A DNA stretch of 64,000 bases from positions 76,110-140,109 of the forward strand of contig CAYVKP010000001.1 of assembly GCA_964452165.1 (NCBI GenBank). Reading direction: 5' to 3'. Below, piece after piece: positions 55,802-64,000 of the stretch. The notes under the pieces are model-generated. The model was not told where the DNA came from and ran no database searches. It worked only from the letters and a program-made list of their open reading frames with translations. The stretch's first letter is position 1. Each line of letters begins with the position of its first letter. Origin of the DNA: an uncultured Gammaproteobacteria bacterium. Lineage in GTDB: Bacteria; Patescibacteriota; Microgenomatia; Levybacterales; GWA1-39-11. A program made the position numbers and the translations under genes.

Positions 55802-58336
55802 ATGAAATTAGACGGAATAAGAAATAAAGTATTTTTAGACAGGTACTCCTTAAAAGACGTAGAGGGAAATCCCCTCGAGTCAACTCCCGAGGAGATGTGG
55901 AGAAGAGTTGCCAAGGGAATTGCCGGTGTTGAGAAAAAGGCAGATCGAAAGCGCTGGGAAGACAAGTTCTATAAAGTAATGGAGGACTTTAAATTCTTGC
56001 CGGGTGGTCGAATCTTTGCAGGGGCCGGAACGGGTTTTGATGTAACCTACTTTAATTGTTTTGTTATTCCAAATCCTCCCGACTCAAGACAGGGGATCAT
56101 GGAGAATTTGACTCAAATGATTGAAATTATGGCCCATGGTGGGGGTGTGGGACTTAATCTTTCGGGACTTCGCCCGAGAGGAGCAAGGGTAAAGAAAGTT
56201 AATGGTTTTTCCTCAGGCCCCATGAATTGGGCAGAGCTTTATTCGCTAGCTACAAAAGATATTGTTCAGCAGGGTGGTTCGCGCCGCGGCGCACTCATGC
56301 TTATGATTCATGATTGGCACCCGGACGTTGAAGAGTTTATCACTGTCAAGCAGGATCTCACCAAAATTAACGGGGCAAATCTTTCCGTATGTGTTTCAGA
56401 CGAATTTATGGAAGCGGTAAAAAAAGACGCTGACTGGGACTTGATGTATCCGGATCTCGATGATAAGAAGTATGACAAAAATTGGGATGGCGATATCCAT
56501 GACTGGAAGAAAAAAGGCGGTAAAGTCAGGGTTTACAAAACAGTAAAAGCATCATATCTCTGGAATCTAATTTGCGAAGCTGCATGGAGAAGTGCAGAGC
56601 CGGGTTTGCATTTCTTAGATCGCTCAAACAAAAGATCAAATACATGGTATTTTGAAAAACTTCTTGCAACAAACCCCTGCGGAGAACAGCCACTTGGTGC
56701 TTGGGCAGTTTGTAATTTGGGAGCGATGAATCTTTCAGCCTATGTAAAAGACGATGATCTTACTTCCGATAAGGCAGGTTGGTTTGACTATGAATCATTC
56801 GGGAAAGATGTGAAGATTGCCATGAGGTTCCTCGACAACGTTATTGATGATACGCATTATTTCTTCAAAGAGAATGAAAAAGTGGCAAAAGACATTAGAA
56901 GAACAGGCCTTGGTATTATGGGGATTGCTGACACCTTTATTAAAATGAAAGTTAGATACGGATCTAGCGAATCAGAAGAGGTTTCTAAAAAGATTTTTGA
57001 AACACTTCGTAACAACGCCTACATTGCCTCATCAGATATCGCGAAAGAAAAAGGATCTTTCCCCAAGTACGATCGTATCAAATATCAAAAAGGCTATCAT
57101 ATTAAAGCGTTGCCAAAAGCAATTCGCCAGAGAATTTTTGATCAAGGGATCCGCAATGCTGTTCTTCTGACAATTGCGCCAACCGGTACAACCAGTCTTA
57201 TCGCCGGTGTTTCATCAGGGGTCGAGCCGGTTTATGAATTTGAATACTCTCACAACGGGAGACTCGGGAAGCAAATGGTATATCATGACCTGTATGGAAA
57301 ATGGAAAGAGGCACATCCAGAAGATGAGAAGCCTGACTATTTTGTCGGAGCAAATGATCTAACCCCTGAGGATCACGTAAAGATTCAGGCAATCGCGCAA
57401 GCATATATCGACTCATCAATCTCAAAAACTGTCAATGCTCCAAATAGTCATACGGTTGAGGACGTAAAGAGCTTATATATGAAGTCTTACGACATGGGTC
57501 TAAAGGGAGTTACATACTTCAGGGACGGTTCACGCCAGGGTGTATTGCAGAGGGAAGAAAAGAAAGAGGAGCTGCCGGTTGCGGTGCCGAAAACGCCTGC
57601 GATTTTAAAAAGACCATCTATCATGTATGGGTTAACTTATAAAACACCAACTCCACTCGGAGACGCCTTTATCACTTTGAATAATGATGAGAATGGAGAT
57701 CCGTTTGAAGCATTTGTAACAATTGGAAAATCGGGAAGTGATGTTGCCGCAATGACTGATGCGCTTGGGCGAATGATCTCGCTACTCCTGAGAATTCAAT
57801 CTCCTGTTACATCGCGAGAGAGAGTAAGACAAATTGTTGCCCAGCTTTCAGGAATCGGAGGAGTTAGAAGTGTAGGATTTGGACCTAAGCAAGTTAGGTC
57901 TGTCCCGGACGCCATCGCCAAAATATTGGCCGAACAATTCGGGTTTGCTGTAAATGGAGTCGTCAAGGATCTACAAAAGAAAGAAGCACTTATGAGTAGC
58001 AATGGTATACAGGTTACAAATGGCAATGGAAAGTCTTTGAATGGTAATGGAGTCGCTCTTACCAACGGAAATTCTAATGGAAACGGTATTTCAAACGGCA
58101 ATGGATTACTTGCAAACGGTCACAGTAACGGAGCGGCACAAGTACAAAACATTCAAATAAATGTTGCAACTCAGGTCTCAACACCTGACGCGTCGACAAC
58201 AGTTATGGAGCAATTAAGTCTTAATTCAGAACCCACTCACAACGCCTTTGATCTGTGTCCATCGTGTGGAGGAGCAACCCTTGCACATGAAGAGGGTTGC
58301 AAAAAATGCTATAGCTGTGGTTATAGCGAATGTTAG
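55802..58336 (+). CDS. nrdJ: class II adenosylcobalamin-dependent ribonucleotide reductase with TSCPD domain and C-terminal zinc ribbon
   Basis: NCFV, GGGVG, RRGALM, TNPCGEQ, CNLG, IAPTGT, SISKTVN, YFRDGSR, CPSCG...CYSCGYSEC. Confidence 0.95.
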   Translation: MKLDGIRNKVFLDRYSLKDVEGNPLESTPEEMWRRVAKGIAGVEKKADRKRWEDKFYKVMEDFKFLPGGRIFAGAGTGFDVTYFNCFVIPNPPDSRQGIMENLTQMIEIMAHGGGVGLNLSGLRPRGARVKKVNGFSSGPMNWAELYSLATKDIVQQGGSRRGALMLMIHDWHPDVEEFITVKQDLTKINGANLSVCVSDEFMEAVKKDADWDLMYPDLDDKKYDKNWDGDIHDWKKKGGKVRVYKTVKASYLWNLICEAAWRSAEPGLHFLDRSNKRSNTWYFEKLLATNPCGEQPLGAWAVCNLGAMNLSAYVKDDDLTSDKAGWFDYESFGKDVKIAMRFLDNVIDDTHYFFKENEKVAKDIRRTGLGIMGIADTFIKMKVRYGSSESEEVSKKIFETLRNNAYIASSDIAKEKGSFPKYDRIKYQKGYHIKALPKAIRQRIFDQGIRNAVLLTIAPTGTTSLIAGVSSGVEPVYEFEYSHNGRLGKQMVYHDLYGKWKEAHPEDEKPDYFVGANDLTPEDHVKIQAIAQAYIDSSISKTVNAPNSHTVEDVKSLYMKSYDMGLKGVTYFRDGSRQGVLQREEKKEELPVAVPKTPAILKRPSIMYGLTYKTPTPLGDAFITLNNDENGDPFEAFVTIGKSGSDVAAMTDALGRMISLLLRIQSPVTSRERVRQIVAQLSGIGGVRSVGFGPKQVRSVPDAIAKILAEQFGFAVNGVVKDLQKKEALMSSNGIQVTNGNGKSLNGNGVALTNGNSNGNGISNGNGLLANGHSNGAAQVQNIQINVATQVSTPDASTTVMEQLSLNSEPTHNAFDLCPSCGGATLAHEEGCKKCYSCGYSEC

Positions 58337-58359
58337 TGACCCTATAATAAATTTGCCTG

Positions 58360-58388
58360 TTGACAGTTTTTAGTCTTCGATTTATTAT
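58360..58388 (+). promoter_or_regulatory. sigma70 promoter of the B12 operon
   Basis: TTGACA-17-TATTAT. Confidence 0.75.
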
Positions 58389-58404
58389 AGTCAAACTTTA
58401 GTTT

Positions 58405-58467
58405 ACATAGGTAATCACCGTGAAAGTCGGTGACTGTGCCGCAACTGTTAAAGTCAGAAAACTATGT
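58405..58467 (+). ncRNA. cobalamin riboswitch (compact, class II/variant-like)
   Basis: Closing stem ACATAG/CTATGT; T-loop hairpin TCACCG-TGAAAGT-CGGTGA; conserved GCCGCAACTGT and AAGTCAG; upstream of B12-related genes. Confidence 0.85.
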
Positions 58468-58517
58468 TTACATCAAATCCCGAGCAGGAATTTTTTTGTT
58501 CTTTCGAACAACGAATT

Positions 58518-58543
58518 AACTCCTCGGGAAGAGGAGTTTTTTT
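58518..58543 (+). terminator. riboswitch expression-platform terminator, also occluding the SD
   Basis: AACTCCTC-GGGAA-GAGGAGTT plus a T run directly before the ATG; alternative pairing TCCCGAG (58478) with CTCGGGA (58523). Confidence 0.75.
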
Positions 58544-59173
58544 ATGTTCGAGCAAATAAAAATAGTTTTTAAAAAGTATTTAGGATCGCCCCTTATTGCG
58601 CTTGCGATCGTTTTCTTTATCCTGGCAGGAGCAACGGTTCTTTTTTCCGGTAAGTCTACAAAGACACTAGGCGTAATAACGGAAAATAAACAAGCGGCAA
58701 GAGTTAAGTCTGTTAAATCAACAGCGACACCCACTCAAGAGGCTCAGGAAAGTTCGAATACTTCGACAAATTCCTACCAACAGCCAACAACGGCCTCGTC
58801 AACTCCCACCCCGTATAAAACCGAGACTACAACCACAACAAATTCTTCCAATAACTCGAATGGATCCTCTCAAACACAAGGCAGGGTAAAACTTTCAATC
58901 AACGGTTCATCCACCGGAGAAGTAAATGTTGGTGCGGGACAAAATCAGTGCGATGTTCTAAACGATGCTCTTGCGCAGGGAAAAATTTCTCAGCTTACTA
59001 TGCGTTATGAATCAAGTCTTGGGACTTACGGCGTCTACAAAATTAACAATACTGGCAAAGATAATTCTATTTGGTGGACTTATAAAGTAAACGGAAACTC
59101 GCCTGACAAGGGGTGCAGTTACCTAGGAGTAAATAATGGTGACAGTGTCGAATGGAATTATATAGGAAGCTAA
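58544..59173 (+). CDS. membrane-anchored DUF4430 (transcobalamin beta-domain-like) protein
   Basis: TM, S/T-rich stalk, GVYKINN...WWTYKVNG...GDSVEWNY. Confidence 0.85.
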   Translation: MFEQIKIVFKKYLGSPLIALAIVFFILAGATVLFSGKSTKTLGVITENKQAARVKSVKSTATPTQEAQESSNTSTNSYQQPTTASSTPTPYKTETTTTTNSSNNSNGSSQTQGRVKLSINGSSTGEVNVGAGQNQCDVLNDALAQGKISQLTMRYESSLGTYGVYKINNTGKDNSIWWTYKVNGNSPDKGCSYLGVNNGDSVEWNYIGS

Positions 59174-59174
59174 T

Positions 59175-60905
59175 ATGAAATTTATTAAATCAACATTGCT
59201 ATTATTCTTATTCGCGACAGTCTTTTTATTCGTGACCTCAAAAGTTTTTGCAGCAGGAGTGACCGCCGAGGTCAGAATTGTAGGTTCATCAAGAACTATT
59301 TTCTACAATAACGTAACAATCGACGGCGGTTGCACGGTGACAGATGTTGATGGTGGGGTACATACATACACTGACCCGCTCGCAATTTGTGCACTCGATA
59401 AAGCATCAAAAGATGGCGGTTTTTCCTACAAAATCAAAGATAGTTCTTTCGGAATATACCTGACGGGAATTGCGGAAGACGACGGCGCAGCGGATTTTTC
59501 AACTTATTGGCTTTACGATATTAATGGAGCAGGAGCCCAAGTTGGAATTTCAAGCTTAACTCTAAATAACAATGATAAGCTTTTCTTACATTTTTATCCT
59601 GATGCCGACCCTAATGCTCGTTCGTCAAATGATGGAATTGCGTACCTGCGTAGCCAGCAGGCAGCAGACGGGCACATTAACGGATTTGGTGGAGTAAGCC
59701 AGTGGGCGGCGATGGCATTTGCAGCAAAAGGAATTGATATAAGTGGTGTTTCAAAAGGCGGCGCGAGTCTTAAAAGTTATCTTGAGGCCAATTTGCCCAC
59801 TGCTTGTTCTTCTGCAACAGATTGGGAGAAAGATATACTCGCGATAGTTGATACCGGCGCAAATCCTTACAACTTTGGGGGATTAAATTTTGTTGGAACT
59901 CTCAAGTCTTCTGCTTATTACAACGGCACACAAATAGGAGATAGCTCGGGGCTCAACGACGACTTTTTTGGAGTAATGGCTCTCATTGCCGCTGGTGTCT
60001 CAAACTCGGATTCCGTAATAAAAAATAGTGTTTCGTACATAATTTCAAAACAAAATTCGGACGGAGGATGGGGTTTTTCCACAAGTAGTAAATCTGACAG
60101 TAATGATACTGCAGCAGCGCTTCACGCCTTGTCTTCAGCAAAAAATTACGGAGTAACTCATGCAAGTCTTGATAACGCAATAAGCCAAGCCAAGACTTAT
60201 TTGCTTTCACTTCAAGCTTCAGACGGTGGATTTAAATACGATGGTTCTTCGACTGATCCCGATGGATCATCAACTGCTTGGGATTTGGTTGGGCTAAATG
60301 CTGCGGGCATGAATGATGCCGCAACCAGTGCAAAAAAATGGCTCACAAACAATCAGAATAAGGACGGCGGATTTTATTATCAGGCCTCATTTGGAAGTGA
60401 TACGTACACAACAGCACATGCGGTGATAGGGCTTTCGGGTAAGAATTGGATAATTAAGAATTTTGATGCCGGTTCAAATTCAAGCACGGGTACAACATTA
60501 TCGTCCTGTATTACTCCTACACCAACAAGTTCTGTTACTCCAACTCAAACACCAAGCCCAACAAATACTCCCACACCAACACCTACAAGCTCAACTACTA
60601 ATAATAATTCGACTAATAATACTACCAATACAACCAATAATTATTTCGACAGACCAACCCCGGGACTCTCAAGCGTAGTCAACCGAACTCTTTCTGAAAA
60701 TAAGGTAGTTGATAATCCCGGTGAAACAAAAGAACAAGTTTTGGGTGTACAAACCGATAACTCCGGAAGTAATTTACCCAAAACAGTTCAGGTTGCCGGC
60801 ATTAATAATACGCCCAATGTTTTTGCACAATTGTTCTTTGCATTAGGTATTGCCGTCCTCTGTTTTCACATAGGATCACTTTATCAAAAGAGGAAATTAG
60901 CCTAG
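59175..60905 (+). CDS. secreted DUF4430 plus prenyltransferase/squalene-cyclase-like alpha/alpha barrel protein with C-terminal TM
   Basis: FGIYLTGI...YWLYDING; repeats QQAADG, QNSDGGW, QASDGGF, QNKDGGF; P/T linker; C-terminal anchor. Confidence 0.8.
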   Translation: MKFIKSTLLLFLFATVFLFVTSKVFAAGVTAEVRIVGSSRTIFYNNVTIDGGCTVTDVDGGVHTYTDPLAICALDKASKDGGFSYKIKDSSFGIYLTGIAEDDGAADFSTYWLYDINGAGAQVGISSLTLNNNDKLFLHFYPDADPNARSSNDGIAYLRSQQAADGHINGFGGVSQWAAMAFAAKGIDISGVSKGGASLKSYLEANLPTACSSATDWEKDILAIVDTGANPYNFGGLNFVGTLKSSAYYNGTQIGDSSGLNDDFFGVMALIAAGVSNSDSVIKNSVSYIISKQNSDGGWGFSTSSKSDSNDTAAALHALSSAKNYGVTHASLDNAISQAKTYLLSLQASDGGFKYDGSSTDPDGSSTAWDLVGLNAAGMNDAATSAKKWLTNNQNKDGGFYYQASFGSDTYTTAHAVIGLSGKNWIIKNFDAGSNSSTGTTLSSCITPTPTSSVTPTQTPSPTNTPTPTPTSSTTNNNSTNNTTNTTNNYFDRPTPGLSSVVNRTLSENKVVDNPGETKEQVLGVQTDNSGSNLPKTVQVAGINNTPNVFAQLFFALGIAVLCFHIGSLYQKRKLA

Positions 60906-60940
60906 AAAATCAATCTAACTTATGATACGATAAAAAAATA

Positions 60941-61459
60941 ATGAACAAGCATTTTGACAAATTTTTCCCACTTCTGATTATTTCTATTGGGGTTTTGATG
61001 CGTCTTGTTCCTCACTCTCCAAACTTTACGCCAATAGCGGCGACCGCGTTATTCGGTGGAACATATTTATCCAAAAAATATGCTTTTATAATTCCAGTTG
61101 CAGCCATGCTTGTATCAGATTATTTTATAGGTTTTCATCACACTATGGTTTATGTCTATGGATCTTTCATTTTGACGGGAGTGATTGGGATTTGGCTTCG
61201 CGAACACAAGAGTGTTCGTAATGTAATTGGCGCATCCTTGCTCTCATCGGTCCTTTTCTTCCTAATTACAAATTTTGGGGTTTGGGTAAACGGCGCATAC
61301 GCGCGTGATATCTCGGGACTTTGGCAAAGCTATATGATGGGAATCCCATTCTTCAGAAATACGGTTGCCGGAGACCTTTTCTACACGGGTGCGTTTTTCT
61401 TATCGTTTGAGGCTGCCAAAAGCTTAATCTATCAATTAAAGCCCGCACGCGTAAAATAA
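60941..61459 (+). CDS. DUF6580 family putative transporter (ECF S-component-like, predicted B12 uptake)
   Basis: RLVPHSPNFTPIAATALF, FFLITNFGVW, GIPFFRN. Confidence 0.8.
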   Translation: MNKHFDKFFPLLIISIGVLMRLVPHSPNFTPIAATALFGGTYLSKKYAFIIPVAAMLVSDYFIGFHHTMVYVYGSFILTGVIGIWLREHKSVRNVIGASLLSSVLFFLITNFGVWVNGAYARDISGLWQSYMMGIPFFRNTVAGDLFYTGAFFLSFEAAKSLIYQLKPARVK

Positions 61460-62025
61460 TGCCTATCTACACGAGAACCGGGGATCGCGGTAAGACACGG
61501 CTTGGGACGGGTAAGAAAGTCTCAAAAGATTCCTGCAACGTTGAATCCTACGGAACCATAGATGAATTAAATGCACTTTTAGGCGTGGTTTATGCAGAAA
61601 TTGAAATAGGGAAAAGCCCGTATAGAAAGCGTTTACTTAATTTACTTCTTCTTATTCAAAGCGACCTTTTTTGCATAGGAGCGTATTTGGCAAATCCGGG
61701 TCTATCAAATATGATGGATCATTTTCCCGAGAGGATAAAAAGTTTTGAACGTGAGATAGACTTTATGATGGGAAAAGCCCCTCCTCTTACCAACTTTGTT
61801 TTTCCACAAGGGGGTAGAGTAGGTTCACTTTTTCAGCTGGCAAGAACCGTTTGTCGTCGAGCGGAACGTACGGTTGTTACGCACGCAAAAAAGGAAAAAA
61901 TTGACGAGCGAGTGTTAATCTATACAAACAGACTCTCAGATCTAATGCTTGCAGCCGCTCGTTTCACTGCCCACATTGATAAAAAGAGAGAAATTGTTTG
62001 GAGCAGAGAAAAATACCTCAAATAG
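61459..62025 (+). CDS. pduO: PduO-type cob(I)alamin adenosyltransferase
   Basis: IYTRTGDRG, YGTIDELNA, RTVCRRAER, NRLSD. Confidence 0.93.
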   Translation: MPIYTRTGDRGKTRLGTGKKVSKDSCNVESYGTIDELNALLGVVYAEIEIGKSPYRKRLLNLLLLIQSDLFCIGAYLANPGLSNMMDHFPERIKSFEREIDFMMGKAPPLTNFVFPQGGRVGSLFQLARTVCRRAERTVVTHAKKEKIDERVLIYTNRLSDLMLAAARFTAHIDKKREIVWSREKYLK

Positions 62026-62147
62026 CCTCATCAACTCATAGTAAAACAAGCGAAATGTGGATAACTTTGTATAACTCTCAGACCTTAGTCCTATAGTTAG
62101 TCAACCGAAAGGGGTTAAAATTCCATATTATTGCTTATAATTAATGT

Positions 62148-62840
62148 ATGGCTCTGATTGATCTCATATTTCCCAAGAAATGTATTAATTGCGCAAAATT
62201 TGGGGAATTTATATGTGCAGATTGTTTTTCAAGGATTAAGTTTAATGACGCCTTGGAATGTCCGGCGTGTTTGCGCCCGGCCCTCAATGGTATGACTCAC
62301 CCGGCTTGTATTACCGCCCAAGGGCTAGACGGGGCCATTTCAGTAGTTGTTTATAATGGTGTTGTTAAGAAGTTGATATACCAATTCAAATATAATCCAC
62401 ATTTATCAAAGTTAGCCTCAACTATTTCCGAGCTTATGACTGAGGGTTTGTCTCAAAATGAGAGCTTTTACGCATTTTCTGAAAAATACCAACCCGTTTT
62501 GGTTCCAATTCCATTAAGCACAAAGCGATTGCGTGAGCGCGGATATAATCACGCAGAATTATTGAGTAATTATGTCGCACAATATTTTAAGCTTGGTTCT
62601 GACAACAAAATATTAACTAGATCTAAAGAAACCAAGCCTCAGTTTAGATTAAATCGCGAAGAACGAAAGAAAAATGTTGAAGGCGCGTTCGATGTGGCTA
62701 AAAGTTCTAAAGTTCCAAGTTCAATAATTTTGATTGATGATATTGCAACAAGTTTTGCAACCTTAAAGGAGGCAGCCAAAATCTTGAAGCGAAAAGGAGC
62801 CAGGAAGGTTCTGGCCGTAACGTTTGCGAGAGAAATTTAG
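62148..62840 (+). CDS. comF: ComF family protein (double zinc ribbon plus PRTase-like domain)
   Basis: CINC...CADC, CPAC, VPIPL, RGYNHA, IDDIAT. Confidence 0.88.
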   Translation: MALIDLIFPKKCINCAKFGEFICADCFSRIKFNDALECPACLRPALNGMTHPACITAQGLDGAISVVVYNGVVKKLIYQFKYNPHLSKLASTISELMTEGLSQNESFYAFSEKYQPVLVPIPLSTKRLRERGYNHAELLSNYVAQYFKLGSDNKILTRSKETKPQFRLNREERKKNVEGAFDVAKSSKVPSSIILIDDIATSFATLKEAAKILKRKGARKVLAVTFAREI

Positions 62841-63199
62841 TATGCGCTAGGTGAGGAGTTTGTAGTTGGGTAAGCTGGATTGTACTTCTTCATACACTCT
62901 TTCATGCAAATCATTTTATATTGACTAGTGACACACTCTTTGGCGCAAACACTTTCTTGAGCTTTCTGAAGTTGAGCCGCAGGATTAATTGCTATTAGAC
63001 CAATAATGCTGAAGAAGAAAAAGATCAGTAGAATCATCGGCAAGCTTATCACGAGCTTTACCCATTTTGGCCAACTGGTCCAGACCCACATTAGAATTAT
63101 TCCGGCGGGATATGCGAGTAAAAGCGTGAGAACTGTGACTATTAGCTTTGTGTCTTCCGATACGCTCTGTGATTGTGTCTTTGACTTTCTTTTTGCCAT
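62837..63199 (-). CDS. small membrane hypothetical protein
   Basis: Two TMs (YPAGIILMWVWTSWPKWVK) and a Cys-rich tail. Confidence 0.7.
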   Translation of the reverse strand: MAKRKSKTQSQSVSEDTKLIVTVLTLLLAYPAGIILMWVWTSWPKWVKLVISLPMILLIFFFFSIIGLIAINPAAQLQKAQESVCAKECVTSQYKMICMKECMKKYNPAYPTTNSSPSAY

Positions 63200-63235
63200 G
63201 CAATTAGTATTTCAAACTAAATTCACCGTGTCAAC

Positions 63236-63805
63236 TTATTTGATTATTAAAACTCTATTTACATCTTCCAATAGTCTTTCGAATTTAGTATACCCTGCGG
63301 CTTGATTAAAGTGTCCGGCATTGGAAATGAAAGTTAATGGGACTCCCAAGTGTCGTGCGAGTTGTTGGCCATTTTCAAGCGCAACATAAGGGTCATTGTC
63401 TGAGTGAAAAACTTCAAAATAACCCGAGGACTTCCTTATTTTGTCCCAATCAAAATCAAAATTTCCGCTAAACTTTCTATCGTTTTCAATATTTTTTATT
63501 GGTTCGATACCAATTGGTGTTCCTACTAAGAAAGCTGCTTTTATGGGCACTTCAAGACGTTCCAATAGTCTCAAAGTAAAAAGGCCTCCCAAGCTATGCC
63601 CGATTAAAATGGTTTTTTCATCAATATCTTTGATTTGTGGATCAACTACTTCAAGCCAGGCCTCGAGCGATTGACCATCTGGGGTGGGAAACTGTGGAAC
63701 GGATACTCTGTGCCCTTTATTTTCAAGTTGCGATTTCATCCACGGAAACCAATTCTCTTCAGGGTATCCGGCATTTCCGTGGAATATAAAAACTTCAGAT
63801 CTCAT
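63236..63805 (-). CDS. RBBP9/YdeN family alpha/beta hydrolase
   Basis: WFPW, GHSLG, SDNDPYV, AGHFN. Confidence 0.92.
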   Translation of the reverse strand: MRSEVFIFHGNAGYPEENWFPWMKSQLENKGHRVSVPQFPTPDGQSLEAWLEVVDPQIKDIDEKTILIGHSLGGLFTLRLLERLEVPIKAAFLVGTPIGIEPIKNIENDRKFSGNFDFDWDKIRKSSGYFEVFHSDNDPYVALENGQQLARHLGVPLTFISNAGHFNQAAGYTKFERLLEDVNRVLIIK

Positions 63806-63819
63806 TCGCCGATTATACC

Positions 63820-63844
63820 AAAAAGCCTCCCTTAGCAGGAGGCT
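63820..63844 (-). terminator. rho-independent terminator of ssrA
   Basis: Minus strand AGCCTCC-loop-GGAGGCT followed by TTTT. Confidence 0.7.
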
Positions 63845-63850
63845 ATTATG

Positions 63851-64000
63851 TGGAGATGGGGGGCTATGAGCCCCCGTCCAAAATTACAAAATAAAAACAT
63901 CTACAAGCTTATTTTGTCTTTGATTGTCGTTACAACATACTCCGACAAAAAGGATTTGTTGTAACCAAGGTTATATTTTTTCGAATAAAGCTCCAACCAA
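63851..64000 (-). ncRNA. ssrA: tmRNA, 3' part (continues beyond the window)
   Basis: Minus strand TAAGCTTGTAG...TTTTGGACGGGGGCTCATAGCCCCCCATCTCCA matches the tmRNA 3' tRNA-like domain. Confidence 0.85.

Noticed and set aside
55802-58336. Intein or intron in nrdJ
   Set aside because: Catalytic motifs are contiguous and no splice-junction motifs are seen; the extra length is TSCPD plus linker.
59175-60905. True squalene-hopene cyclase or prenyltransferase
   Set aside because: It is secreted and anchored, has no DxDD catalytic motif (SDSND instead), and lies in a B12 riboswitch operon.
552-63869. Numerous 60-125 aa antisense or overlapping ORFs in the track
   Set aside because: They are shadows of well-supported genes, with no motifs or independent expression signals.

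Overview
This is a chromosomal window around the replication origin of a small-genome bacterium. Gene content suggests Patescibacteria/CPR, probably Microgenomates (inference). From left to right it holds: rpoD; tRNA-Asn; a ~15 kb accessory tract of small stress/detox genes (VOC, SRPBCC, RibD_C/DHFR-like, topoisomerase IB, an aminoglycoside nucleotidyltransferase-like gene); housekeeping genes (a CoaD-DUF359 fusion, msrA, ruvCAB); dnaA-oriC-dnaN; a ~21 kb type-IV-secretion-like cluster (PrgI, VirB4, VirB2-like pilins, VirB6-like, lytic transglycosylase, CHAP, large orphans); nrdR-nrdJ followed by a cobalamin-riboswitch-controlled B12 scavenging operon; comF; and the 3' part of tmRNA. The most unusual signal is an array of 6-7 unrelated single genes (7.1-12.1 kb), each preceded by a copy of one ~28-bp element (CTTGTARAYAAAYTDCTY...TATAAT). 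The element carries a TTGT-N2-ACAA dyad and a -10 box, and often supplies the stop codon of the previous gene, so it looks like a cassette array with no integron integrase or attC sites. Leaderless promoters are pervasive. All product calls come from recognising motifs by eye; no database searches were run.
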